A DNA stretch of 64,000 nucleotides from assembly GCA_963716745.1 (NCBI GenBank), contig OY970320.1, positions 1,184,001-1,248,000 on the forward strand, in the 5' to 3' direction. Positions 42,315-53,568 of this stretch are shown here, in pieces. The notes beneath the pieces were generated by a model. It was not told the origin of the DNA. It searched no databases and saw only the letters and a program-made list of their open reading frames with translations. A program made the translations under genes and the position numbers. The DNA is from an uncultured Gemmatimonadaceae bacterium (GTDB lineage Bacteria; Gemmatimonadota; Gemmatimonadetes; Gemmatimonadales; Gemmatimonadaceae). The number at the start of each line of letters is the position of its first letter. The first letter of the stretch is position 1.

Positions 42315-43217
42315 TTACGCGCCTTCGACGATGATCAGGTACTTGGACGTCGACCAGAACTCGGCCGGCTGCGTGATGTGGAGCTCGCCGTTGAACTTGC
42401 CGGCCGAATCCTTGCCCGCTTCGATCAGCGTCGGATCCTGGCGCGACACGACCTTGTACGGCTTGTCGGTGATGTGCAGCATGACCGGCACATCATCCCA
42501 CTTGTTGACGGCGGTGAACTGCGTCTTGTCGAGCTTGCGCGCCGGCACGATCGCCTTGCTGCCGAAGAAGAGGAACTTGGAGCCTTCCTCCGCGATGATG
42601 CCCTTCTTCATGAGCTCATCCTTGGTGCCGACGACCACGAATACCGTGTTCTCCTGCTTGCGGAGCCCTAGCATCGTGTCGGTGACCGCGGTCTTCTCAG
42701 TCGTCACGGTCGCATTCGCGAGCGTGAGGCTGTCCACCTTGATGTTCAGCGAGGCCATCTGGGTCTTGTCCTGCTCAACGATCTGCTCGAGGCTCGCGAT
42801 GCTCGCCTCGTAGGTCGAGACCTTACCGGAGAGCGCGCCGTTCTTCTCGTTCAGCGACGCGACACGCGCACGGCTCTGCTTCAGCAGCGACGTCACCTCG
42901 GCGACCTTGCCCTGGATGCTCGCGCGATAGGCGGCCTGCGGGTCGTTCGGGTTCTCACCCTTCGTGTCCACCGGGACGTGGCTCTTGAGGCCCTTCACGC
43001 TCGACAGATCCTTGTCGATGTCGGCGAGGAGCTGCGTGGTCTGCTGGAAGCCCTGCAGCAGCGAGTCCTGCTGCGCCGCCACGGCCTTCGCCTGCGCCAG
43101 CTTCGTGTTCAGCACGGTGATCGAATCGGGCTTCGAGGCGCTGGTGCCGCCGCCGGAGCCGATCTTCTCGCAGGCCATGAGGCCCACGACCAACAGCACT
43201 GCGGATATGCGTCTCAT
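42315..43217 (-). CDS. Coiled-coil lipoprotein resembling the Cbp1-like adhesin family
   Basis: LMAC lipobox, long coiled coil, VVVGTKDELMKKGII, C-terminal ITQPAEFWSTSKYLIIV. Confidence 0.7.
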   Translation of the reverse strand: MRRISAVLLVVGLMACEKIGSGGGTSASKPDSITVLNTKLAQAKAVAAQQDSLLQGFQQTTQLLADIDKDLSSVKGLKSHVPVDTKGENPNDPQAAYRASIQGKVAEVTSLLKQSRARVASLNEKNGALSGKVSTYEASIASLEQIVEQDKTQMASLNIKVDSLTLANATVTTEKTAVTDTMLGLRKQENTVFVVVGTKDELMKKGIIAEEGSKFLFFGSKAIVPARKLDKTQFTAVNKWDDVPVMLHITDKPYKVVSRQDPTLIEAGKDSAGKFNGELHITQPAEFWSTSKYLIIVEGA

Positions 43218-43385
43218 GGTAGCTCCTATTATCGGAGGTTCACTGTGGCCATCCTGACTCGGCCACAGGCCATCGGAACAGCGGTGCCGCGGCATCCTGG
43301 TGACGCGACGACCGTACAGAATCCGGCACTCGCCGGCCAATCCCAAATATAATGCTTTTCTACACCGCTCGCCTGAGAAGTTCGG

Positions 43386-46300
43386 CTAGTGTTCGGCGGA
43401 AAGGCGGGCGACGCGGGCGTGGGCGTCCTTCACGATCGGCTGGAGTTCCGGGTCCGCGTTCTTCCAGAGATCGGTGAGCTTCAAGTAATACTCCGTGGCC
43501 TTCTTCCGGTCGCCCTTGGCCTCATAGAGCTCACCCAGGCGCTGGTACGTGGCGGCCAGGGTGATCGGGTCGGTGAAGATCGCGCGCTGCGGTCCCGAGT
43601 TCGCGAGCCCGGCCTCATAGTACATGAGAGCCGAGTCGGGTTCGCCGAGCTTCTGGAACTGTGCCGCGATGTCGAAGAGCCCGCATTGGGGACAGCCGAT
43701 CTCGGTGCGCATGCGACGGTACGCCGCGATCGCATCAGCGGGACGCCCCTGCGCGGCGGCGATGTCGCCGGCGGCCAATGACGCGTTCGCGTCGCCCTTC
43801 TGGAAGCCCTTCGGTACCGAATCGGCATACTCCGCCATCATGCGTTGGGCGACATCGACGCGGCCGGCGGCTGCGTATGCGCTCGCAAGGATGGTGTACG
43901 GACGATCCACCGCCTCCATCGTGGAGAGCGGGTGCTTCGCGAGAGCCGCGTTCACCTTCGCGATCGCCTCGGCGGGACGATTGAAGTGACGGATCTCGAC
44001 GATCGCGTAGTTCGCGGAAAGGGTCAGGTAGTCGGCGGGCAATCCACGCCCTTCCGCCGCTGCCTGTGCGGCGCGGAGCTGGTCCGCGGCCTGGCCCAGT
44101 TTTCCCTGATCGGCGGCAAATGCGGCGAGCGATTGATCGGAGAACTCCTGCACGAAGAGCGAGGCGGGGTGCGCCGCCTTGTTCTCGCGGGAAATGCGCT
44201 CCGCGCCGGCATAGTCACCCCGAATCGCTGCCATGCCGGCGCGACTGAAGCCCAGGTTGGGGTCATTCGGCAGTGCGTGCTGCCAGCGCGCGAGCGAGCT
44301 CTCGGCGGCGGCCATGTTCCCCTGCGCCGTCTGCGCGCGGATCGCATGGAACGGGCAATTGGAGAAGACGCCGTTGTTCATGCAACGCACCGCCAGGCTC
44401 TCGGACTCGGCGTAGCGGCGCATATCGAAGAGCACGATCGCGAGATTGTTCAGCGGGATCGTGTTGTCCGGATCGATCGCGAGCATCGCGCGATACGCCG
44501 CCTCAACCTTGGTCGGCTCGTTGTCCACCGTGTTGTAGTAGTACGCGATCGTCGCCTGCTTCTCGAGTTCCGGGAGCCGGTCCCTATTGGTGTACGCCTT
44601 GGTGATCGCGTGCAGCACTTTCACATTCGACGCGCCAATGTTCCCATAGATCGCGCCGAGCTTGCGCCAGGCCATCGCGAATCCGCTGTCCGCCGCGACC
44701 GCTTCCTCGTAGAGCGGAATGGACTGCTCTTCCTGTCCCAGGTCTGAGAGGCGCAGCGCTTGCGTGTACTTGCGGAGCGCGTCGAGCGAGGCCGTGGTCA
44801 CATGCGCCAGCGGCTCATCGGCGCGGATGCTCACGAGCGATTCGCCGATCCGTTCGCGCAGCGCGCGTGAGAGTTTGTCGAGTGCCGGGATGAGATCGGC
44901 GTCGGACGCCGCGGTCTCGCGCACCGCCGTGAGCACCGCACCGTCCTTCGCCGAAACGACACGGGCCGACACGACGAAGCTCTTCCCCACCGGATCGATC
45001 TGCCCTTCCACGATGGCCGGCACGCCCTCGCGCTCCGCGACCTCGCGTGCGAGCGCCGGATTCAGCACCGATCCCGCCGGCTTCTGCATCCGCTTCAGCG
45101 CGTCGCTCACCGCCTGCGCGTCGACCAGCTTGACGGTCTGCGACTGCGAGAGGTCCACGCGGAACGCTTCGGTGAGCGTCGGGCCCAGCGTCGAGTCGCT
45201 CGAACGGTTCTCGAATTCCGCGAGCAGGATGGGCTGCTTCGCCTTGAGCAATCCCTTCGCCTGCAGGGTGCCCACCGAGCCAATACCCATGACGCGCATC
45301 GTGCTGTAGCCGATCACGATGATCGCGAGCGCCGCGAACGCCGCGACGCCACCCATAATGGCCCGGCGCCACGTGAACAGCTTCTGCACGCCCACCGGCG
45401 GCACCATGAACGTGCCCGTGTGCGCTGCCTCCATCCGCTCACGCTCGCGCTTGCCGGTGAGGATCATGATCGGCAGGCCGGGGATGAGCAGCACGGCGGC
45501 CGCCACGATCACCCAGTCCGGCAGGCCAAGCGCGTTGCGCAGGATGAACACCGCGGCGATCACCGCGACGCTCGCGAGCGCGAACAGCAGCGCGATGCGC
45601 ATCGGGTTCGTGCGGCGGATCGCCGCCTTCGCGCCGCTCGTGAGCGCAGGCGTCGCGCCCGTGGGCGCCATGCCGCCGCTCGGCGTCGCCATCGCCTGCA
45701 GCTGCGAGAGGAGATCCTCGGCGCGCTGCACGCGGTCCGCCGGTTTCTTCTCGAGGCAGCGCATGATCAGCTCGTTCAGCGCCGGCGGCACGGAGGCGCG
45801 CTGCGACGAGAGCGGCGCGGGCGCGAGCGTGACGTGCGCCGCGAGCACCTGCTGCGGCGACATGCCGCTGAAGGGCGGATGGCCGCAGAGCATCTCGTAC
45901 GCCAGTGGCGCCCACCGCGTAGAGATCGGCGCGGTGGTCCACGTGCGGATCGGCGGCCGCCTGCTCGGGCGCCATGTAGGCCGGCGTGCCGAGCGCGAGG
46001 CCCATGGAGGTGAGCGACGTGCCGCCGCTGGAGGCGCTCACCGCCTTCGCGACGCCGAAGTCGGTGACCACCGCGTGATTGCCCGAGATCAGGACGTTGT
46101 CGGGCTTGATGTCGCGGTGCACTACGCCGTGCGCATGGGCGTAGGCGAGCGCGTCCACCACGTCGCGCATGATTCGGATCGTATCGCCCACCGGGAGTTC
46201 GCCTTCGCGCGCGAGTTTCGCGCGGAGCGATTCTCCCTCGACGAGCGGCATCGTGTAGTAGAACAGATCGCCGACCTGCGCGGCGGCGTGCAGCGGCACG

Positions 46301-46524
46301 ATGTGCGGGTGCTGGAGCGACGCGGCGAGCTGGATCTCGCGCCGGAAGCGCTCGATATTCACGCCGGCCGCCATCTCCGGCGGCAGCACCTTCACCACGA
46401 CGCGCCGCCCCAGTGCGGTCTCGTGCGCGAGGAACACGTGCGACATGCCGCCGCCGCCCAGTTCACGGTCGATGCGATAGGCGTCGCCGAGCGCGGTCTG
46501 GAGCCGTGATTGGAGGTCGGACAT
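43386..46524 (-). CDS. Membrane-spanning Hanks-type Ser/Thr kinase with TPR region (apparent +1 frameshift near 45906)
   Basis: GGGGMSHVF, HRDIKPDN, DFG, GTPAYMAPEQ in ORF 45439..46524; EMLCGHPPF, TM helices and TPRs in ORF 43386..45893. Confidence 0.9.
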
Positions 46525-46567
46525 CGAGGCGGAATCTACCGCGCGGGAACGGTGCCCGCGAGGAGTC

Positions 46568-47683
46568 TTACCGCGGCGGCTTCTTCGCGGTGTCGGCCTT
46601 CGGCGCCATGGGCATGTCCATCTTCATGTTCGGATCCATGTCCATTCCCGCGCGCTCGTCCGCCGGCGCACCGAGATCGGGCGGCAGCGACGCAACGTCT
46701 TTCTTCGTCTCCGGATCGTTCAGATCGAGCTTGGGCCAAAGCGAGAAATCGGTTGGCTCGAAGATGCCGTTCAGCTGCGCCATGCCGCCCTTCGCGATCG
46801 GCTTGCCGGTGGGATTGTCGTACGACGCCACGAGGCGGTACGGGTGATTCGCCTGCAGGGGCAGCGCATCTTCGTGGAATCCGTACACGAAGCGTTCCAC
46901 GCCGCGCACCTGACCGTCCTTGCTCTTGGTGGCGTCGAGCTTGATCATCACTTTGCCGCTCGCGACATCCACGAGGGAGACCGACTTCCCGTACGGATGC
47001 ATATGACCGCCGACTGCGATCATGCGGCCGTCCACGGGGATCGTGAAATCGAACGTCTTCGTGGACTTGCCCGCGGGAAGGTCGTACGAGTTGTCGCCGC
47101 CATTCACGTTGCTCACATCCAGGTACCACGGGTACACGGCGACCTTCATGTCCTTGGGCACTTCGTAGGGCATCGTGATGGTGACCGTCGCGCCCTTGAT
47201 GTCGTGGCCGCTGTCATTGTGCCACGCGATGAGGAAGCCGAGGTGGTCGCCGAGCGGGAGCGGCACGCCGACGCCGGCCGGGAGCGTGATCTCCTGCGTG
47301 TCCTGTCCCCACGCGAACACGCGCTCGACGGACTCGTGGATCAGCTGGCGCCGGTCGAAGTTGTACATCACGAGATGATGGATCACATTGCCCGGCACCG
47401 GTGCGCCGTGCGGATCGGTGAGCGTCACGTTGACGCCGTTCAGCGCGCCCGTGACAGGCCACGCGAAACGCATCATCTTGCTCTCCGAAGTGTGATGCAT
47501 TACGCCGCTGCCCATGCCCGGCATGTTGCCGTGACCGACGAGGTCGAAGGGGCCGGCGACGATCACGACGTTGTGCCGGATGGAATCGACGGTGATCTTG
47601 ACCGTGGTGGGGGTGTTCGGCGACGACTGCGCGGCGAGCGGAGAGGCGGCGAGTGCGAGGATGAGAGCGAGCGAAGAACGCAT
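46568..47683 (-). CDS. Secreted putative copper type II (PHM/DBH-like) monooxygenase-fold protein
   Basis: Signal peptide; VIHHLV, AWHN, GGHMHPYG, YDNPT..GGM; Met-rich segments. Confidence 0.6.
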   Translation of the reverse strand: MRSSLALILALAASPLAAQSSPNTPTTVKITVDSIRHNVVIVAGPFDLVGHGNMPGMGSGVMHHTSESKMMRFAWPVTGALNGVNVTLTDPHGAPVPGNVIHHLVMYNFDRRQLIHESVERVFAWGQDTQEITLPAGVGVPLPLGDHLGFLIAWHNDSGHDIKGATVTITMPYEVPKDMKVAVYPWYLDVSNVNGGDNSYDLPAGKSTKTFDFTIPVDGRMIAVGGHMHPYGKSVSLVDVASGKVMIKLDATKSKDGQVRGVERFVYGFHEDALPLQANHPYRLVASYDNPTGKPIAKGGMAQLNGIFEPTDFSLWPKLDLNDPETKKDVASLPPDLGAPADERAGMDMDPNMKMDMPMAPKADTAKKPPR

Positions 47684-47853
47684 TGGTATCGAGTAGTTGC
47701 TAAGGGAATTAGCGGATCCGCGACGCGGACCGCAGTATTGCGGCGATAAAGATAATCGATGTCGGCCGCCGGTTCAGGGCGGATCTCGCCGGAACGGCTC
47801 GTGCGGGCCCGGGTACGGAGTACAGGGGGATTACATCACCAAGGAGGCGGTGT

Positions 47854-48177
47854 ATGCGCCAACGATTGTCAGTGGTATTCGCCGCGCTGATGCTGCCGGC
47901 GCTCGCGTCCTGCAGCTCTTCGACCGCGGCGGAGTGCGTGCCGATCGGCGGGAAGTTTCATGCGCAGACCCCGACGCTGGTCCTGCTCTACCACTCGAAC
48001 GTGGACGTCGCCGCGATCACGGATACGCTCGAAGCGCGCTACGACTTCACGGCGGTGAGCGAGAATCCCGCAGGTCATTTTGCGACGATCCCCGCGCCGC
48101 AACCAGACGCCGCGCTCAATGGGCTGCGCTGTGAGCCGAGCATCCAGGCGATGTGGTACAATCAGCCCGGGGGATGA
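47854..48177 (+). CDS. Small hypothetical lipoprotein
   Basis: AAGGAGG RBS; LASC lipobox. Confidence 0.72.
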   Translation: MRQRLSVVFAALMLPALASCSSSTAAECVPIGGKFHAQTPTLVLLYHSNVDVAAITDTLEARYDFTAVSENPAGHFATIPAPQPDAALNGLRCEPSIQAMWYNQPGG

Positions 48178-48195
48178 GGGCGGTCGCGGTCGCGC

Positions 48196-49335
48196 CTAGG
48201 TGCCAGCTTCGAGGCGCAGGTAATACTGGCGCTTGAACTCGTCCAGCGCGTCGCCGACGAGCAAGTTGTCGGCGATGGCGGCGATCTCCTCGGCCTCCTT
48301 CCACGCTTCGCGCAATTCCGTGAGCTCGCCATCGAGCGCGCGGCGTTCTACATCCTCGTTCGACGCCATCTCCATCGCGAGGCGGTCCTCGGGCGGGAGG
48401 CGGTAGAGCGGCGTGCGGCTCTCGCTGCCGATCCCGCCGTGTCCCCAGAACGAACGTGTCGCGAGCGGCAGCGCGAGCCGCTCGGCCTCCGAGTGTGCAA
48501 CGGGCGCGGCGGCCGGGTCCGGAGCCGCCTCGGGGTGACGGCCCCACGACGTGCGCATCGCGAGATTCCCGATGCGTCCGAAGAAGCCGGTGGGATCGCT
48601 GGCGTCGCCGAGCTTGGCGAGCGCCCAGCGCACCTCGGACTTGCTGGCCGCGGCGAAGTTGAGCACCGCGAGCAGACGGCCGGTGGCGAGGATCGCGGGT
48701 TGCTCGGCGAGCGTGGAGATGCCTTCGTCGTGCGCGACGCGGATGCGCCAGGGCTCGCCGCGCGCCGGGCGGATGAGCTCCGCCTGGGAGAGATGCGCGT
48801 AGCGGATCACCACGCGGCGGTGGTTCTCGTCCTCGCTGCGCGCGAGCACCGAGGCGCCGCGGCGGAAGGTGCTGAGATGGAGCACGGTCTCATCGCTGAG
48901 ACCGACCAGGGAGGAAACGCGCGCGACACCAGCTGCCGCGCGGCGCGCGAGATAGCGCGCGCTGCGGCGCCACACGCCGCGCGGATCATCCTCGTGCAAG
49001 CGGCGCTGCAGGCGCGCGCCGTAGCGCCACGACGCAATCTCCGGGAAGAGCGCGGGGCCGATGCGAATGAGTTCGAGACGCGAGCGCGTTTTCGCGAGCC
49101 CGATGTTCTCCACCGAGTAGCGCTGCCAGGTGTCGCGATAGAGTTGTTCGCACCGCTCCACCGCCTCCCAGCGTTCCTCGAGCGGCGTGAGGTTCCAGCG
49201 TCCGCAGAAGGTGCACACCACCCACAGGCGCCCCTTGGCCGGATCGAACGCCAGGCGGCGGCCGACCGGGCAGGCCTCGACGTCATCGTTCGCGCCGAGA
49301 TCGGTATGACAGAAGAGGCAGGTGGAGTACATCAT
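48196..49335 (-). CDS. Hypothetical protein with N-terminal Zn-ribbon
   Basis: CLFC..GRRLAFDP..GRLWVVCTFCGRWNL; C-terminal AWKEAEEIAAIADNL. Confidence 0.78.
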   Translation of the reverse strand: MMYSTCLFCHTDLGANDDVEACPVGRRLAFDPAKGRLWVVCTFCGRWNLTPLEERWEAVERCEQLYRDTWQRYSVENIGLAKTRSRLELIRIGPALFPEIASWRYGARLQRRLHEDDPRGVWRRSARYLARRAAAGVARVSSLVGLSDETVLHLSTFRRGASVLARSEDENHRRVVIRYAHLSQAELIRPARGEPWRIRVAHDEGISTLAEQPAILATGRLLAVLNFAAASKSEVRWALAKLGDASDPTGFFGRIGNLAMRTSWGRHPEAAPDPAAAPVAHSEAERLALPLATRSFWGHGGIGSESRTPLYRLPPEDRLAMEMASNEDVERRALDGELTELREAWKEAEEIAAIADNLLVGDALDEFKRQYYLRLEAGT

Positions 49336-49357
49336 GGGCACCTTGCGCGTGGAGCAG

Positions 49358-49430
<73 letters not shown>

Positions 49431-49541
49431 CGCGTTGCATAAGCGAGGTGAACGGTGCTGCACGTACGCCACGACGCAGCACGTTCCGCGACTCGTGCGG
49501 CAACGCTGACGCGATGTCAGCGCGGCGTGTGTCGTGAGTTC

Positions 49542-49570
49542 AAGATAGCGTTCACGCCGACCAACGTGAA
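49542..49570 (-). promoter_or_regulatory. Possible sigma70 promoter of tRNA-Lys
   Basis: TTCACG-N17-TATCTT on the minus strand. Confidence 0.4.
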
Positions 49571-49824
49571 GGACCGATTCTCGGTGATGAACCGCGTTGA
49601 CGAATGAGCCGGCGCGGAGAAGGCAGGCGGGCGCGGGTACTTGCGCACGGCGCATCGCTGCAACAAACTCGTGCTTCGCTGAGTGACTCGAGCGATCCGG
49701 ACGCTGCATACCCGGTACCTTCGAGTTAGCTCCATCGTGCTCTCAATGCGCACCTCAGGAATGAACCGAAGACCCCCCGTTAACCAAAACTAATTCCTCA
49801 GCTAAGTATGTTCGTGACCCCTTC

Positions 49825-49853
49825 TTGACATTCGGGTGTAGAGGGCCTAGCGT
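49825..49853 (+). promoter_or_regulatory. sigma70 promoter of the FN3 lipoprotein gene
   Basis: TTGACA-N17-TAGCGT. Confidence 0.65.
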
Positions 49854-49973
49854 GGGGGCCAACGCCCCCTAACGGGCGGCAAGTGCCAGTGTTATTGTAT
49901 GTGCACCAGTTCGCGGTAAGAATGCCCGCGTGGGCCCAGGCACGGTAGCTTCAACCGCCAAGAGGAGCTTGAC

Positions 49974-52031
49974 ATGAGAAACAGGTTTGTTATGAGCAGG
50001 GGTCTTGTCGCCGCCGTGGCGGCCCTGACTATCTTCTCGAGTTGCTCGAAGAACAGCGACACGGGGACGGCGCCGCCGAACCTCCCGCCGGCGCCCACAG
50101 GTGTCACCGCCTCGCCGCTGTGGGGCCAGGTGACCGTGTCGTGGGATTTTAACGCTGGAGCGGTGACCAACAACGTGTATTGGTCGACGACCGCGGGCGT
50201 CACGCCGCAGACCGGCACGAAGGTCACGGCCGCGGATAATCCGTTCGTCCAGACGGGACTGACCAACGGCACCACATACTACTACGTCGTGACGGCGACG
50301 AACGTCAACGGCGAATCGGCTCCCTCGGCGGAAGTGTCCGCGACCCCCGCGACCACGGAGAAGCCGGCGATGCCACTCGGCGTGAAGGCCGTGCCGGGGA
50401 ACGCGTCGGACACCATTCGCTGGAACGTGGATCCGGGCACGACCAGCTACAATCTGTACTGGTCGAACACGCCTGGCATCGACGTCACCGACGCCACGAC
50501 GTACGCATTCAAGATCAGCAATCCGACTTCGAGTTACGTTCACGCGCTCCTTACCAACGGCACGACGTACTACTACGTGGTGACCGGCGTGAATGCGAAC
50601 GGCGAGTCGGATCCGTCGGCCGAAGTCAGTGCGACGCCGCAGGCGCCGCTCGCGCCGCCGACGCTGAGCAGCGTCCACGCGGGCAACGCGAAGGACACCC
50701 TGAAGTGGACGAGCGTGGCGGGCGCATCGACGTATAACGTTTACCGCGGCACGGCCCCCGGCGTTACGACGCTGACGGGAACGAAGCTTGCGAGTCACAC
50801 CAGTCCGTTCACCGACAGTGTCGGCCTCACGAACGGCACGACGTACTACTATGTCGTGACGGCTGTGAAGGGCGGCGTCGAAGGCGCGATCTCCAACGAA
50901 CTCAGTGCGACGCCGCAAGCTCCGCCGGCCGCTCCGTCCGGTGTCACGGGCGCGATCACGTCGGCCACTTCGGTGACGATCACCTGGCCGGCCGTCAGTG
51001 GCGCGACCGGGTACAACATCTACTACAGCACGAGCCAGAACGTTTCGGTGTCGACCGGCACGAAGGTCGGCGGCGTCACGAGTCCGTCAACGGTCACCGG
51101 CTTGACCACCGGTACCCCGTACTTCTTCATCGTGACGGCGACGGCGCTGGGTGTTGAATCGCCGGCTTCGTCTCCCGCGGTGAGTGTGACCCCGAACGCG
51201 CTCCCCGCTGCGCCTGGTGGCGTGACGGCCATGCCCGGCTCGGCGTCGGACACGGTCGCTTGGACCGCCGTGGCGAACGCAACGTCGTACAACATTTACT
51301 GGTCCACCACGACCGGTGTGACGACGGGTACTGGCACCAAGATCTCCGGCGTCACCAATCCGTTCGCACACAGCCCGCTCACCAACGGCACGGCGTACTT
51401 CTACATCGTGACGGCGGTGAACAGCGCGGGTGAAGGGCCGGCATCATCGCAGGTGACCGCGACACCGAAGGCGGCACTGGCTGCTCCGGTGGTAACCGCG
51501 GTGCTCGGTGACACGCATAACACGATCACGTGGCCGGCGGTTGCCGGCGCGGCTGGGTACAACCTGTACTGGTCGACGAGCCCGGGTGTGACGGTCGCGA
51601 CTGGCACGGAGATCAAGGGCGTGGTGAGCCCGGAGGCCCACACGGGCCTGACCAACGGCACGACGTACTACTACATCGTGGTCGATACCGTCGTATCGCC
51701 CTCGACCAGCAATCACGGCGTTTCCTCACCGGCGTCCGTAGAGGTGAGTGCCACGCCGCTGACGGCGCCGGGTCCTGTGACGGCGACGGCAGGCAGCAAG
51801 CAGGTGACCGTGGGCTGGACGCCGGAACTCGGCGCGACCTCGTACAACATCTACTGGTCGACGACCACAGGCGTGACGACGGGGACCGGCACCAAGATCA
51901 CCGGTGCGGCGAACCCGTACGTGCAGACCGGCCTGACCTCCGGAACGCCGTACTACTACATCGTCACGGCAGTGAACGCGAGCGGTGAGTCGGCAGCGTC
52001 TCCGCAGGTGACGGCAACACCCACTCCGTAG
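49974..52031 (+). CDS. Lipoprotein made of seven fibronectin type III repeats
   Basis: GAGGAG RBS; FSSC lipobox; 7 x (W..YN(I/L/V)Y..GLTNGTTYYYVVTA..SAEVSATP). Confidence 0.92.
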   Translation: MRNRFVMSRGLVAAVAALTIFSSCSKNSDTGTAPPNLPPAPTGVTASPLWGQVTVSWDFNAGAVTNNVYWSTTAGVTPQTGTKVTAADNPFVQTGLTNGTTYYYVVTATNVNGESAPSAEVSATPATTEKPAMPLGVKAVPGNASDTIRWNVDPGTTSYNLYWSNTPGIDVTDATTYAFKISNPTSSYVHALLTNGTTYYYVVTGVNANGESDPSAEVSATPQAPLAPPTLSSVHAGNAKDTLKWTSVAGASTYNVYRGTAPGVTTLTGTKLASHTSPFTDSVGLTNGTTYYYVVTAVKGGVEGAISNELSATPQAPPAAPSGVTGAITSATSVTITWPAVSGATGYNIYYSTSQNVSVSTGTKVGGVTSPSTVTGLTTGTPYFFIVTATALGVESPASSPAVSVTPNALPAAPGGVTAMPGSASDTVAWTAVANATSYNIYWSTTTGVTTGTGTKISGVTNPFAHSPLTNGTAYFYIVTAVNSAGEGPASSQVTATPKAALAAPVVTAVLGDTHNTITWPAVAGAAGYNLYWSTSPGVTVATGTEIKGVVSPEAHTGLTNGTTYYYIVVDTVVSPSTSNHGVSSPASVEVSATPLTAPGPVTATAGSKQVTVGWTPELGATSYNIYWSTTTGVTTGTGTKITGAANPYVQTGLTSGTPYYYIVTAVNASGESAASPQVTATPTP

Positions 52032-52100
52032 TTCCGAATGCCTTGCTCCCGGGCACCATGCCGGGAGCAAGGACGGAGAGTGTGTTCGTGTTCTGATGGT

Positions 52101-52137
52101 GACGACCCCCCGGTGATTTGCCGGGGGGTCGTCGTTT
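52101..52137 (+). terminator. Intrinsic terminator
   Basis: GACGACCCCCCGG-TGATTTG-CCGGGGGGTCGTC-GTTT; preceded by hairpin CCTTGCTCCCGG..CCGGGAGCAAGG. Confidence 0.75.
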
Positions 52138-52237
52138 GTCCCTCTAGAGGGCGCCCAGGCACCGAGCGAGCGCCCCCACGCACGCACGGCAACAGTCGCC
52201 GGCTGGCGGCGGCATCGCCGCCTCCGTAGAATCGGGC

Positions 52238-53437
52238 ATGATACGCACTCTCCAGGCGATGCCGATCGTGCTCGCGACCATGTTGGCCGTCGCGCCGGCC
52301 GGAGCGCAGCACGCCCCGGCGCCGGCCGGCTGGAACGCTTTCACCCGCATGTTCGACGACGCCGTCGATCACGACAGCATCATCGGATCCGCGATCCTGC
52401 TCGTGAAGAACGGCGCGATCATCGCGCACCATGAGAACGGCTGGGCCGATCGCGCGATCAAACGGCCGGTGACGGAGCGCACACTCTTCCACTACGGCTC
52501 GATCACCAAGACGCTCACCGCGATATCGATCATGCAGCTGCGCGACCGCGGCAAGCTCACGCTCGACGACCGCGTCACGAGCTATCTGCCCGAACTGCGT
52601 CTCGTGCACGACGCGTACGGTTCGATGGACAGCGTCACGATCCGGATGCTCATGTCGCATTCCGCGGGATTCCAGAATCCCACGTGGCCATATGGAAGCG
52701 ACCAGCCATGGGAGCCGTTCGAACCGACGACATGGAACCAACTCGTCGCGATGATGCCGTACCAGCAACTCCTGTTCAAGCCGGGCTCGCAGTTCAGCTA
52801 TTCGAATCCGGGGTTCATCTACCTCGCGCGCATCATCGAGCAGCTCTCAGGCGATCCGTGGGAGACCTACGTGCAGAAGAACATCCTGTCGCCGCTCGCG
52901 CTCACGCGGAGTTCGTTCGGCACCACGCCGTATTATCTGGCCGCCGACCGGTCACACAACTACTCGGTGATCCGCGATTCCGCGGGGCGTACGATGGTGC
53001 GCGACAACGGCGCGGATTTCGATCCGGGCATCACGATCCCGAACGGCGGCTGGAACGCGCCGCTCGCGGATCTCGCGACGTACATCGGCGTACTTCACGA
53101 ACGCCACGCGCGGCGACAGCACGACGCAGCGCTTTACGACGTGGTCCTCTCACGGAAGAGTCTCGCCGAGATGTGGCAGCCGCGGTTCCCGACGTCGGCC
53201 GATTCCACCGAGCAGCAGGAGTGGATGGGAATGTCGTTCTTCATTCTGCATCGCGGCGGCCGCACGATCGTCGGGCACACGGGGAGCCAGGCCGGATTCC
53301 TGGCGTTCCTCTATTTCGATCCGGCGACCGGCACCGGCGTCGTCGCCGCATTCAACACGGCGAGCGAGGTCGCCGGCGGGCCCAAGCCGCTCGCGTTCCA
53401 GAGGATCCGCGAGGCGGCGCTGCAACTGCTGCCTTAG
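52238..53437 (+). CDS. Class C beta-lactamase-like serine hydrolase
   Basis: Signal peptide; GSITK, LMSHSAG, PGSQFSYSN, GHTG. Confidence 0.92.
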   Translation: MIRTLQAMPIVLATMLAVAPAGAQHAPAPAGWNAFTRMFDDAVDHDSIIGSAILLVKNGAIIAHHENGWADRAIKRPVTERTLFHYGSITKTLTAISIMQLRDRGKLTLDDRVTSYLPELRLVHDAYGSMDSVTIRMLMSHSAGFQNPTWPYGSDQPWEPFEPTTWNQLVAMMPYQQLLFKPGSQFSYSNPGFIYLARIIEQLSGDPWETYVQKNILSPLALTRSSFGTTPYYLAADRSHNYSVIRDSAGRTMVRDNGADFDPGITIPNGGWNAPLADLATYIGVLHERHARRQHDAALYDVVLSRKSLAEMWQPRFPTSADSTEQQEWMGMSFFILHRGGRTIVGHTGSQAGFLAFLYFDPATGTGVVAAFNTASEVAGGPKPLAFQRIREAALQLLP

Positions 53438-53568
53438 AAATACTGCGAAGCTGGGGCGCAGAGATCGCAGGAACCTGCGAGTACGCCGGGGTACGACGGG
53501 AATTAGCCGGTGCGAGCGCACCGAGCGATGCGCTCGCAGCAGGTTCCCCAGGAACGAGGAGGGACCCC

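Noticed and set aside
49860..49970. c-di-GMP riboswitch in the FN3 gene leader
   Set aside because: Could not find the class I GEMM hallmarks (GNRA loop, GCAAA segment, receptor) by eye
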